DNA of 54,654 bases, filler included, from Jimgerdemannia flammicorona (Eukaryota): the NCBI GenBank assembly GCA_003990765.1. It is 3 parts of 3 records of this genome, joined end to end, with 100 filler letters (N's around TTAATTAATTAA, not from the genome) between each part and the next. Parts side by side here need not be neighbours in the genome. Positions count along the whole stretch, not along the records: positions 36,505 to 54,654 come from RBNJ01002286.1; 2 more parts are not named here. One strand, 5' to 3'. The number at the start of each line of letters is the position of its first letter. Position 1 is the first letter of the stretch. The position numbers and the translations under genes are program-made. A model generated the notes under the pieces. The model had not been told where the DNA came from and did no database searches. It was given only the letters and a program-made list of their open reading frames with translations. Below, piece after piece: positions 39,196 to 50,950 of the stretch.

Positions 39196-39335
39196 ATAAT
39201 ACCAGCACCAGTATTCTGAGGTAACACTGAATAATGCTAGCACTGACATTCTGAGGTAACACTGAATAATACCAGCACCAGCATTCTGAGGTAACACTGA
39301 ATAATGCTAGCACCAGCATTTTGATGTGACACCAA
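39196..39335 (+). repeat. Four 35-bp tandem repeats in the LTR (also at ~46486-46625)
   Basis: Unit ataataccagcaccagcattctgaggtaacactga, starting at 39196, 39231, 39266 and 39301. Confidence 0.9.
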
Positions 39336-39715
39336 ATTATACCAGCATCTTGAACCTGTACAACCATCAGGATCAACCCTGGAACTTAGCAGTTTTTTCT
39401 GTCCTGGCATTTTATTATAGTTATTGGAATTTATATTTAGCTTTATATCTTAGCAACCATTAAATTATATTTTGTATAAATACCCCTCTTATTCCCTCTA
39501 AAATAAAGTCAGTTCTGGTTCACTTATATACAATCTCTTGTAAGCAATCTAAGAGATAATAAGACAGTTTAAAGATAAGAAGTTTGAGGACTATAAGATC
39601 TTGGGAAGGCACTCCAATAAGAACTTGCTTATAACAAACTTGAGTTAGTCTAAGAGATATATCTTGAAGAGAATCTGGTATATTTGAAGGACTCAGCAAC
39701 CACTATGTGACAACT

Positions 39716-39733
39716 TGGTGTCCATTGGCTGGT
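39716..39733 (+). promoter_or_regulatory. Probable primer-binding site
   Basis: tggtgtccattggctggt begins 3 nt after the LTR terminal CA. The cognate tRNA was not identified. Confidence 0.6.
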
Positions 39734-39789
39734 GATTCAAGATGAATCTCTCACTTTCAAGCTGAAAAACAAACAACCCCTACAACAAC

Positions 39790-41600
39790 TACCCTGACTA
39801 CAAGAGTTACTCCTGCAAGAATTCAAGACAAGATAGAAATTCATCTCCCCACATTCTATGGATATACTACTAAAGAGTCAATCCTGACCTTCATTGAAGA
39901 CTTTGAACAATTCGCTGCTATACAAGCCCTTAGTGTGGATGCATAATTGGCCCTTGTACTAGTCAGCCTCAGAGGACATGCCAGAGACAAGTTCAATGTA
40001 GCCACTATTGCTGATGCTGGTGCAGCCAAACTTACCAATATGAAGGCCTTTCTCAGAACAACATACTATACTGAAGAGATCAAGCAAGCTCTCAAGAATC
40101 AACTCAATACTATCTGCCAGGGACTTAGTGAAGATCCCAACTCATTCTATACCCAAATCTGCCACCAGATTGTCTTGGCTGGCTATGATGACTGCCTCAA
40201 GGAACAAATAGTGGATTCAACCTTCCTCAAAGAAGTTCACTCTGAAATTGCCCTAGTAATCCAGTCTATCCCAGCTATACTGACCCTTGATCAGAAAGTG
40301 GTCTTTGTACAGAGATATTGGACTGCCAGATACCCTGCTGAACACTCAATGGAGAAAATAACTGGCATCAAGATGGAGCCATCAAAACTAACTAATATTA
40401 TACCTGCTATAGTTGTGAACAGACAACCAATCCCACCTATCCCCAAGACAGCCAAAGCTGACCCAGTGGAGGAACTTGCCAAGTAGTTTACTGAGATGAC
40501 TGCACACCTTAGTAATGTTGTTAGAGAAGTCCGAAGTATCAACAGGAGACTAGTGCAGAGATTTGCAGCTACTATAGAAGAATGCAATATCACATGCTTC
40601 AGATGTGGAGAAGAAGGCCACTATGCAAAGAATTGCATGACTGAAACAAGACACAAAGCTCAACCAAGCAATACTAGCAGAACCAGAGAATAAACCAATG
40701 TAGTAGTCATCAAGGAGATTGGCAACACTGATGATGAAGAATACTACAAGGAGCTTGAATTCTACCCTGCTACTGAAGGTACCAGAACCTGGTCCAAGCC
40801 CTATGACAAGAAGAGCAACAGCAAGCCAGTTGGAAGACCAAAGAAGACCCCAGCTGTCACTATTCTAAGCAAGACTCAACCTGAGGAGATTGACCAAGAT
40901 ATGGAGTTAGATGAAGCTGTCTGCCAAATTATTGAAGGCACTACTCCAGTCTTAGGAGAAAGTGAAAGCAAGAAGAAACAGAAGCTGCACAAGACCAAGA
41001 TCCACCAGTATGATATTTACAAAGATCTCAAGGAACAGAAGATCAATGCTACTTTTGGACAGCTAGCTGAAGTCTCTGCCTTTGGACAGCAGTTGAGAGT
41101 AGGACTTGCAACTACTGCCAAGAATTAAGAGTACAAGATTGTAGAAGCTCACAATGTACAGGAAGAATCTGAGAACTTAGGTGAAGAATCCAAAGACCAG
41201 CGCAAGACATCAGCCTATACCCCATGTCAGATTGAAGACTATATCTTTGATACCATTATTGATACTAGTGCTGGAGGATGTCTCATGAGCAAGAAGGCAA
41301 TTGACTGCCTAGACTGAGAAATTGAAGAGTCCACTAAGATGGTCTATATCACAGCAGACAGTACATAAGCTACCCCCCTTGGCAAAATCCAAGAAGTCCC
41401 CATCAAGATAAGAGGAGCTACTATCCCAGTAGACATAATTGTTACAAGCACCACCAACTATGATATCCTCATTGGCAATCAATGGTTTCACAAGGCCAAG
41501 GCCATCATTGACCTCAATGCCCAGAAGATGCAGATCAACTATAGAGGAAGAAAGGTACAAGTCTCTATCAATGTCTACAAAGAAGTCCTACCAGATATGG
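39790..41600 (+). pseudogene. gag: gag (capsid-like, CCHC knuckle) and aspartic protease
   Basis: LPTFYG...FIEDFE; CFRCGEEGHYAKNC at ~40595-40636; IIDTSAGG and DILIGNQW in the same frame. Confidence 0.85.
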
Positions 41601-41934
41601 AGAAAGGAGATGAAGAAGACACAGAGGTCTTCATGCACTTGGTGAATAAGAACAAGAACAAGAACAAGAACAAGACACCTAAGCTTACAGATGAGCAGTA
41701 GTATAACAAGATCATTGATGGCTATGCCCCTCAAGGAAGATGCCCCCATAGTACTAGGATGTACTGCTCTGAACACCTGAATGACTGCTGGTCCTATATC
41801 AGAGAAGTCAGGAAAATCTGCCAACAGAAATATGAGTGAGAAGTCACCAAAGCAAAAAGGAAAGCTGAAGAAGATGACCAGCCCCCAGAGCTTCAAGCTG
41901 ACAGTGATGATGAGGAGAAACAAGAATCAGACAT

Positions 41935-42355
41935 CACCCTCAAGGTCAAGAAGTTTTACCCCAAAGTCAAGATCCCAGAATACAAGACCGAGGAGCCATA
42001 GGAATGGACCTTGTCAGCATTCAAGATGCTACCCTCGAACCACAGACCACCACTCTACTTGGCACTGGAATTGGAGTCAAGCTGCTAGAGAACTATGCCA
42101 GAATTATCAAGACCAGGAGCAGTCTGGCCAAAAGTGAAATCTCAGTTGAAGGAGGAGTAATTGACCCTGATTACACTGGTGAGATCTTCCTCATAGTCAG
42201 GAATCACAACCCCACCACCCCATTCGAAGTCAAGAAGCATGACAGAATTGGCTAGATGCTGATCTATGAAATCAAGAAGCCCAAGATCATAGAAGCCATC
42301 GAACTCATCAAGACCAAGAGAGGAGAACAAGGCTTTGAATCTACTGGAAGAGGAG
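41935..42355 (+). pseudogene. dut: dUTPase domain between protease and RT
   Basis: GMDL, TRSSLA, GGVIDPDYTGEI, DRIG(Q) and RGEQGFESTG correspond to the five dUTPase motifs. Confidence 0.93.
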
Positions 42356-42519
42356 CCTATGCTGCCACCAAGATTACTGAACTTGAGCACAAGAAAGACA
42401 AGGACTGGAACAAGCACACATATACCATCAGAGAAAACTTTCCTCTAGAAGAACAACTTCTCAAGATCTTGCATCAGAATGAAGGAGTACTTGCTACAGA
42501 CTTCAGAGATATCCACAAT

Positions 42520-45067
42520 CAAGAACCCAAGTACTACCATGAAGTTGACACTAGTGATATCAAGCCCATCTACCAGAAAGCCAGACCCATACCACCTGCC
42601 TACAGAGAGTGACTGTGAGCAGAACTCAAGGAAATGGAAGAAGCCAGAATCATCAAGCAAGCTATCAGCCCCTGGACCTCACCTATTGTCCTTGTCCTGA
42701 AGAAAGGAAGCAAATCTGGAGAGTTTGCACCAAGACTCTACATTGACTACAGGAAGCTCAATACCATCACCAAGAAGGATAGGCAGCCCTTACCAAATAT
42801 TCAAGAAATCCTTACTACTCTCAGAAGTGAAGCCAAATACTACACCACCTTGGATCTGTTCTCAAGCTTCCATCAGATTGGTCTCACTCAAGATACCAGT
42901 GAGAAATCAGCCTTCATCACACCTAATGCTACCTATATCTATCTGTGGATACCATTTGGAATGTGCAATACCCCAGCAAGTTTTCAGTGAATGATGAACA
43001 GAGTCTTCAGTAATGAGAGTGGAAAATGGCTCTTTGTCTATGTTGATAATGTGATCATCTTCAGCAACACTACACAGGAATATATCAATCACATACAGCT
43101 AGCCCTCAAGAAGCTCAAAGAGCATGGCCTCTACATTAAGTTCAAGAAATGCAAGTTTGTAGCTCAAGAAATTGCCTACCTAGGACACCTCATCAACCAG
43201 ACCGGAATCCACACAGACCCCATGAAGATCAAGGCTATTGCAGCCTACCCAAGACCCAGAACAACCACAGAAGTCCACGCCTTCTTTGGACTGGCCAGCT
43301 ACTACAGAAGATTCATCAAAGGATACTTCAACATTGCAGCACCTATCTATGAGCTACTGAAGAAGGAAACTAAATTTAAATGAACCAAGAAGTGCTAAGA
43401 AACCTTCAATGAACTCAAGACCAGGTTGACCCAAGCACCTATCCTTAGAAAACCAGATTGAAATCTAGAATTCATCCTGCAGACAGATGTAAGTGCTATA
43501 GGACTTGGAGCAGTCCTAGCTCAGAAGAAAGATGGACATGAATATGTCATCTCCTATGTAAGCCAAGGTACTTATAGAGCAGAATAAAACTATGAGTCAT
43601 ACAAGCTTAAATACTTAGCAGTAGTCTGGGCAGTAGATAAGTTCCACTACTACCTAGCTGGGAAACACTTCACTATTCAAACAGACCATTCTGCTCTTGC
43701 CTGGCTATTCCATACTATGAACCCCAAAGGAATATATACCAGATGGATCTACAGGCTGCAAGAGTATGACTGTACTATCAAGCACCACTCAGGAAGAACC
43801 AATATCAATACTGATGCACTCTTAAGAATACTCTGAAATACTCCCATCAAGACTATTCAACATGAATAAGGAGCTATACTATGGATTAATCAGCTACCTT
43901 GGGCAGCAGAAGATGCCCAACCACCTTGAACCCTGGACAATCACTATCATCAACTAGACTTGGAAACAGTTTGAACTAGACAACACTATACTCAGAAAAG
44001 GAGGAAAGCTAGTAATACCTGAATACAAGAAGTATCAAGTAATGAAGGAAGTATATGAGCAAGGACACCTAGGAGGAACCAACATATATGATAAGACAAG
44101 AAGAACCATGTGGTGGCTCAAGATGGAAGAAGACCTGTGCCAATTTGTCAAAGGGTATGATAAGTACCAAAAACAGAAACAAGATCAGTAAGACCAGGTA
44201 CCCAGTTTATCAAGAATTGAGTCTATCTCCTTCCACTACATTGCAATGAATATCATTGGGCCACTACCAGTAACACTATTAGGAAACTGCTATATTATAG
44301 TTATCATAGACCTCTTTACCAAATGGATAGAAGCAGGAGTATTACAAGAAGCCAATGCCCTCTCTATAGCTGACTTCCTGCACCAAGAAATTATCTGCTA
44401 CTACAAGACACTGAAGCAAATCACAACAGACCATGGTATGGAATTTGTCAATAGATTCCATGAGATAATGTATTAGAAATACAAGATCCAGCATATCAAG
44501 ACCACTGTATACCACCCTCAAGAAAATGGACAGATAGAGAGAATCAACAAGACCCTCAAGAACATCCTGGTGAAGATCTCAGAGACATATGAGAATTGGG
44601 ATAACCATCTCTCAACCACCCTCTCTGTCCTATGAGAAATATGATCACAGAGCACACACTTCACTCCAAGAGAGCTGCTCTTCAGAGAAGAAGATTCTGA
44701 TGGAACCTCAGCCACAAATCTAGACCTAACTTGGAGACAGGTTGATGCAGAAATCTCGGGGCTACACCAAATCAGAAAGAAGGCTGAAGATTACATCATC
44801 AAGTCACAAGCACTGATAAGGAACAATGTGGAAAAGAATCACAAGACCCTAGAACCCATCTGAATTGGAGAAAAAGTCCTACTGTATCAAAATATGGTAG
44901 AAGTCTCATAGTTGCAAAAACTGGAGCCCAAATGGAAAGGACCCTTTTACATACAAGATATCAAGGGAACTACCTTCTGGCTTAGAAAAATCTCAGGGAC
45001 CATACTGCTTATCACAGTACATAGGAACAGACTCAAGAAGTACCATGAACCTATACAAGAGAAGTAA
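42520..45067 (+). pseudogene. pol: pol: RT - RNase H - integrase (no chromodomain seen)
   Basis: SPWTSPIVLV, IDYRKLN, VYVDNVII, GLASYYRRFI, QTDVSAIGLGAVL, GHLG, NIIGPLP, TTDHGMEF, YHPQENGQIER and KWKGPF motifs. Confidence 0.95.
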
Positions 45068-45120
45068 AATATGATGACCACCCATGAGGTTCTAGTCTGT
45101 GAATCATAACAGCATGTCCC

Positions 45121-45444
45121 ATGACCAGCAGGCTATCTGTCTGAACCATTCTCTAAGAGATACAGCACCAGCAACTACTCATCTGTGAGACTTTCGAAGC
45201 CAGAGGAGTTTGAACCATCAACTGATTGGTCAAGATCAGAATCAGGCCCTTGCTCTATATGAAGGGAGCAACTCTTCACCATCATGCCAAAATACAAAGA
45301 GAATATGCCAGCTCATAAATACCACTTTTTGACCCCTTGCCAGAGGTTATGAGATCAGTAAATTTTTCAGAACTGGACCAATGAATAAGGATGCTCAAGA
45401 AGATTCTTATTCAGGAAAAAGATGTAACGGTGACCCCAGAATGA
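45121..45444 (+). pseudogene. Putative extra ORF3 between pol and the 3' LTR, reading through the PPT
   Basis: 108-codon frame ending 22 nt inside the LTR, with stops revertible to CGA/CAA. The core (IYETF.AR...RL.KIRIRPLL.MK) is also present in the older copy from 37230. Confidence 0.5.
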
Positions 45445-47001
45445 TGACATCAGTACAGGAGACAGTCTTTCCTTACAAGCCACCAGATTAGAGCACAAGA
45501 AGATCATATAGCATACAAGATCAGCAATGATAACCAACTGTGAGTCATTGCAACTACAGTATAAGCATTCTGAGAAATATAAAAGAAAGATCAAGGAACC
45601 ACAGTAGCAGCAACCAATAAGACCCACCAATCCCAAAATAGCTCAAAGACTCACTACAAACAAAATGCCTGCTACCTGCCAAACCTCAAGGTCAAGAAAC
45701 CACTAAGGCACCTCAGTTGAAGAAAGGATGTTCCAAGACATCAGAAGAGCCATGAGGACCCACTCAGAAAGGACTCCTAGTATCAACCTGGGTACTGGTG
45801 ACCTCTATCACTATATCCTCTACTGCCATGAAATGGAAACAAGGATCACCATTGCCACTGAATGCCTCCAAATGTGGTAGGAGTATGAAATAGGAAACCT
45901 TCTCTGCCAGGAGTTCCCACAGGCCAGCCCTCAAGAGCTACAAGATGCTACTCCCATGGATATATGTGAGGCAAGAACAGCTAAGAAGATCCATCAGATC
46001 TTCAGGCATGTATCATGGTCAATCCCTAACTTGGAGTATGTTAGAGTCTCAGATTTCAGAGATCTGTCATCTCACCATATCAATGCACTAGAAGCCAGGG
46101 TGGCTACAGAAGCCCAGTCCACTATCACTCTCAATAGTGATGAAGTAGAAGACTTCTGACATCCCATCCTTCAGAACAACTCAGACCAATTCCTGCAAGG
46201 ATTGATCTCAGTATTCCAAGGCCCAAGCATCCAGGTTAGACCTACCCAAGACCTCACATTTGTTCTCTATTTTGTAGAAAAGAATCTCATAGACTGGAGA
46301 GCTTTGTTCCTGCCACTGCTGAACATGATGACATCATCAGCAATGACATTATCTCGTGTGACCTACATGACCTTGACAAAACATTTGTAGACTTTATCTC
46401 CTTCAAAGATATCCTGACCTCTAACAACAAGGATGAAGCCCCCATAGTCCTGAACATTCTGCTCTAAGTCCCTTGTTATACTAAATAATACCAGCACCGG
46501 CATTCTGAGGTAACACTGAATAATGCCAGCACCAGCATTCTGAGGTAACACTGAATAATGCCAGCACCAGTATTCTGAGGTAACACTGAATAATGCTAGT
46601 ACTGGTATTTTGATGTGACACCAAATTATACTAGCATCTTGAACCTGTACAATCATCAGTACTGACTCTGAAACTTAGCAGTTTTTCCTGTCCTGGCATT
46701 TTATTATAGTTATTGGAATTTATATTTAGCTTTATATCTAAGCAACTATTGAATTATATTTTGTATAAATACCCCTCTTATTCTCTCTGAAATAAAGTCA
46801 GTTCTAGTTTACTTATATACAATCCCTAGCAAGTAATCTAAGAGATAACAAGACAGTTTAAAGATAAGAAGTTTGAGGACTATAAGACCTTGGAAAAGTA
46901 CTCCAATAAGAACTTGCTTATAACAAACTTGAGTTAGTCTAAGAGATATACCTTGAAGAGAATCTGGCATATTTGAAGGACTCAGCGACTACTACATAAC
47001 A
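45423..47001 (+). repeat. 3' LTR of family A element (1579 bp)
   Basis: tgtaacggtg...cataaca, preceded by the decayed PPT caggaaaaaga. Contains the second copy of the LTR gene from ATG 45665. Confidence 0.93.
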
Positions 47002-47005
47002 ATAT

Positions 47006-48027
47006 ATACTATGGTTAATCTCCAACTTGGAGTACACTAGGATCTCAGACTTCAAGAAACTGTCAGCCTGCCATACCAATGCACTAGAGGCCATAGTAGT
47101 CACAGAAGCCCAGTCTACTATTACCCTCAATAGTGATGAGGTAGGAACCCTATTCTTGAGGACAATTCTGATCAATTCCTACAAGAATTGATCTCAGCAT
47201 TCCAAGGCCCCAGCATCTAGATTAGATGTCTCCAAGACCCCACATTTGTCCCTTATTTTGTGGAAGAGAACCTCATATATTGGAGAGCCCCAGACCTCCT
47301 TGCTTTCTCTACTGCCAAATGAGATAATGTTACCTGCAATGATATCATTAGTGATGACATTATCCCACAAGATATGTGTGAAGTATACAAAATACATGAT
47401 ATATACAAAACAGATGAAATGTTCATGGACTTCATCTCCTTTGAAGTCATCCTGTCTCTGATCTCTGGCCTTGATAATGGTGACAAAGATGAAGCCCCCA
47501 TAGTTTTGAACTTTCTGCTCTAAGTTCTTAGTAATACTGAATTCTACCAGCATCCTTTTTCTGTATAACTGTTATTCTTCTGGTATTCTGATCTTGTATA
47601 ACTCAGAAATTCTTCTGGTATCCTTTTTCTATATCACTAAAATTCTACCGGCATTCTGAACTTGTGCAACTATTTATACAGATACTTGAACTTATACTTA
47701 TAACTGTAGTTTTCTGTATTCCAGTATTTATTTGGTATTGGAATTTATATTTAGCTTTATAACTTTGCAACCATTGAGTTACATTTTGTATAAATACCCC
47801 TCTTATTTCCTTTGAAATAAAGTCAGTTCTAGTTCACTTACTCTCAATTCTATACAAGCAATCTAAGAAATAACAAGATAGTTTAAAGATAAGAAGTTTG
47901 AGGACTATAAGACCTTGGGAAGGCACTCTAATAAGAACTTGCTTATAACAAACTTATGGTTAGTCTAAGAGATACATTTTGAAGAAAATCTGTTATATTT
48001 GAAGGACTCAGTGACCACTATATGACA
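47006..48027 (+). repeat. Remainder of the 3' LTR of the older family A copy
   Basis: Joins 37522-38123 exactly once the ATAT TSD is removed; ends tatgaca. Confidence 0.9.
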
Positions 48028-50950
48028 ATGTATACCAGGATACAGATATTGAGCAATAATCTAAAAATATTATTTATTTAGTATTCAAAAGTTGCTGGTA
48101 TATTTTTTAAGTCAAAAGATATAACTTAGAACTGATAGTATTCAAAACACATTTAGAATTCTGTATTTTCAATATCTTTTTCATTAATGAGGATCTGGTA
48201 GTATCCATTTTACAAATCTAATAAAGAGAAAGTCTTGGTCTTGAAGATTTGATACAATAACTCATCAATCCTAAGCAAGGTATACTAGTTCTTAATAGTG
48301 ATTTTATTGAGAGCTCTGTAGTTAATATATATTTACAGAGAGCTATTCTTCTTCTTAACAAATAGAATGAGGCTCTAAATGAGAAATGGCTGAGTTTAAT
48401 GTATTCTTAGATCATTAATTTGATCAGCTCATTCTTTAGGATCTTGAGTTTGGATTGAGCCAGCTAGTAGATACTCTGATATAGTAGTTCAGATCCTGAG
48501 ATGAGGTCAATCCATATTGGATTTGGTGTTTTAGTAGGAGTCCTCTGAGTTTCTGAAATATATCTTAGAATTTCTTAAATAGTTCTTAGTCTTATAGTAA
48601 TACTGAGTTACTTGGGGCTTCAGTGATTTCTTATACTGTGCAGATATGGCAGATATTTCCCTTTTTGTATTAAAGTCTCTTCATCTGAAAGATAGAAATT
48701 ATCTCAATTTCTTAGTAAGTGTTGCTCTTTTAAGAAATTAGAGTGATATTTCTTCTTTATAAGTTGGATTGACCTTATTGATTCTCTAGTTGATATCTCA
48801 ATTATACTGGGTCAATCATACTTTTTCTAAGATAATATCTGTCCTGAGAGATCTATAATACTGAAGTCTAACTTTTCTTAATATTTGTCAATTTTGAATA
48901 ATAGGTTTTTCCAAATTCAGGTCAATAGTATAGTCTTGCTATTATAAAAAGTGATACTTCTCTTTTCAGTAGTTGGCTTGCTTTGGGCTCTAATCTTTTT
49001 AGCAGTCTTAAGTCTAATATAGTTTTCTATAGCACTACTGTTCAGTAGACCATTGATATCTTATTATAAACTTAGCAAATAAAATTGATACAACTGTCCT
49101 TCTTCTTGATAGTATTGAGCTCTTTATCATTATTGCTCCATTTGTCCCAATTACTATTAGTCTCCACAAAGTCAGTTTCTCTCTATCCTTTAGAGGAAAT
49201 GTGGTCTGATTTAGGTTCCTCAGTTAGTAGAGCTTGATATCTCTCAGATGGAATTTTGAAAACCTTGAAGAGGTATATATAGTATTCACTAATATATTTC
49301 TTATAGTATATTCTGATAGAATAAGAGTATTATACATATAGTGTATAATTATCTGCAATTCTCTTATACTAGCTTTCATCATTGTTATCTTTCATAATAG
49401 TGATCTTTTGACTAGTAGATTTATTAGTAGATCTAAACTCTTTTTTGCTCTGATCTGTCTGGGTGAGTTTAGAGACTTCTTTGATGATAAAATCTTAAGA
49501 ATTACTTCAATAATAGTCAGAGCAATTCTTTGGCCTACTTTGACTTCAAATGATATATCACCAAAATTTTGCAAGATTACACAGATTTCTCCAATAAAGT
49601 CTTGATCAACTCCTCCTCCTCCTAGACCAATGTTGAATTCTTTCACCAGACTGCTTCATTTGATAAGATAGATATATATTCCATTAGAGGCTTGTATTGA
49701 AATTACAGTATATATTATAGCATTATTACTAGGTAGAATAGTGAGATCCTGACTACAATAGAGATCATATCTAGCATCAGTAAAATGAGCCTTAGTGGGG
49801 ATATTAGCCTTGAATAATATTTTCTATACTTTGATAATATTCTTGAAGTTCTTTTCTCTAAAGACTTCTCTAATAAGAGTGATGGTCTGGTTACTATATT
49901 CATCTGAGGGATTTCTGTTTCTTTTCTCAAAGTATCTAAAGGAAATATATTCTGCCTTTGTAGATAAAGTATAATTTTTTTTTTCAGAGCTGTTTCTTCT
50001 CATCCTTATTGAGCAGTTTGAGTTCTCTATAATTTAACTGATTTCTCTGGTCTCTTTAATCATTTCTCCTGAGAGAGTTTCTCTTTTCTAGTTAGTTTTT
50101 TTGTGTTTCTAATTTTATGGAGTCTAAGTAGTAAGGATTTTAAAGTACTTAAACAAAGTACTATAAGTAGTATGAGTATCTTTGGAAAAGACCCTATCCC
50201 TTGATCTTCTGAGTGAGTCAGTCTGAAAGGGCTGCAAAAAGGTAATTAGCCCTGGTACTATTGATAGTCAGATTGTTTTTCTAGTTAGTAAGTCCTATAG
50301 TCTTGAGATAGACATCTGTTCTAGTAGTAAAGATTTCTAGATCCTCCTCCTCATTCTTATAGAACTTCAACTGGGCTAGTTTATTTTAGATTTTTTATAT
50401 ATAGGTCACATTTCAGAATATATTCAGTAGTAAGATCTTGAGTTCTAGACCTACTGTATAGTTATCTCAATCTGGTCTATTTGATATAACTATCTGTCTA
50501 TTTACTTAAGAATAGTTTTTCTAGGTTACTAGATATTCTTCTAAGATATGCCAGAACTCAGCTACTATTCTAGTAAAGAATGTTACCACTATTTCTACTT
50601 GGGCCACTGATATAGCAAAAAATTATTAAAGGGTCTATTAAATTTGTTATTAAGTATTCTTGTAAAGACTTAGTTATCTTTTCATTAGTTTGCTTGATAT
50701 CCTATAACTACTATATTGATAAATGTTTTAATATCACTATTCTTTCTACTGAATATTGAAACTCTCAAGATCTTGGTAGATTTGCTCTATATAATAATTT
50801 ATTCTACTATTTCTACTAGAGTGGCTAGCTAGGTAGTTAGGGTTAGAATATTTATATCTATTATTGTATTAGTTACTGGTAATAGGTCTATAGAGATGAA
50901 TTCTCCTAAAGATTGTTCTGTCTACTATAGTTGTAGTATAGAGTAACTTG
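48028..50950 (-). pseudogene. Decayed Ty3/gypsy element family B: gag - dUTPase - Cys/His module - protease - RT (cut at VYI|DD)
   Basis: dUTPase DARYDL...SSL...GVDQDFIGEI...QRIA (~49400-49830); protease GLLNSSAIENY (~49020-49055); RT LFVKKKNSSL..INYRALNKITIKN, ending LVYI at 48028. The gag boundary is approximate. Confidence 0.85.

Larger units (their letters stand above)
38124..39712 (+). repeat. 5' LTR of family A element (1589 bp)
   Basis: tgtaatggtg...tgtgaca; direct repeat of 45423-47001. TATA boxes at ~38279 (tataaaag) and 39475 (tataaata); aataaa at ~39501. Confidence 0.93.
38124..47001 (+). mobile_element. Complete Ty3/gypsy LTR retrotransposon (family A, 8878 bp) with dUTPase and gene-bearing LTRs
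   Basis: Two ~1.58-kb TG...CA LTRs, PBS-like TGG, PPT, gag-PR-dUTPase-RT-RH-IN. 4-bp TSD ATAT (38120-38123 / 47002-47005). Confidence 0.95.

Noticed and set aside
39196..39335. 35-bp repeats as a CRISPR-like array
   Set aside because: The units are head-to-tail with no unique spacers, lie inside an LTR, and have no cas genes nearby.
41645..41674. (AACAAG)n repeat in gag-pol
   Set aside because: In-frame microsatellite slippage in a linker.
39790..45067. Frequent in-frame TGA/TAG/TAA as an alternative genetic code or read-through
   Set aside because: The stops fall at Arg, Gln and Trp positions and differ between copies, as expected from C>T/G>A decay.
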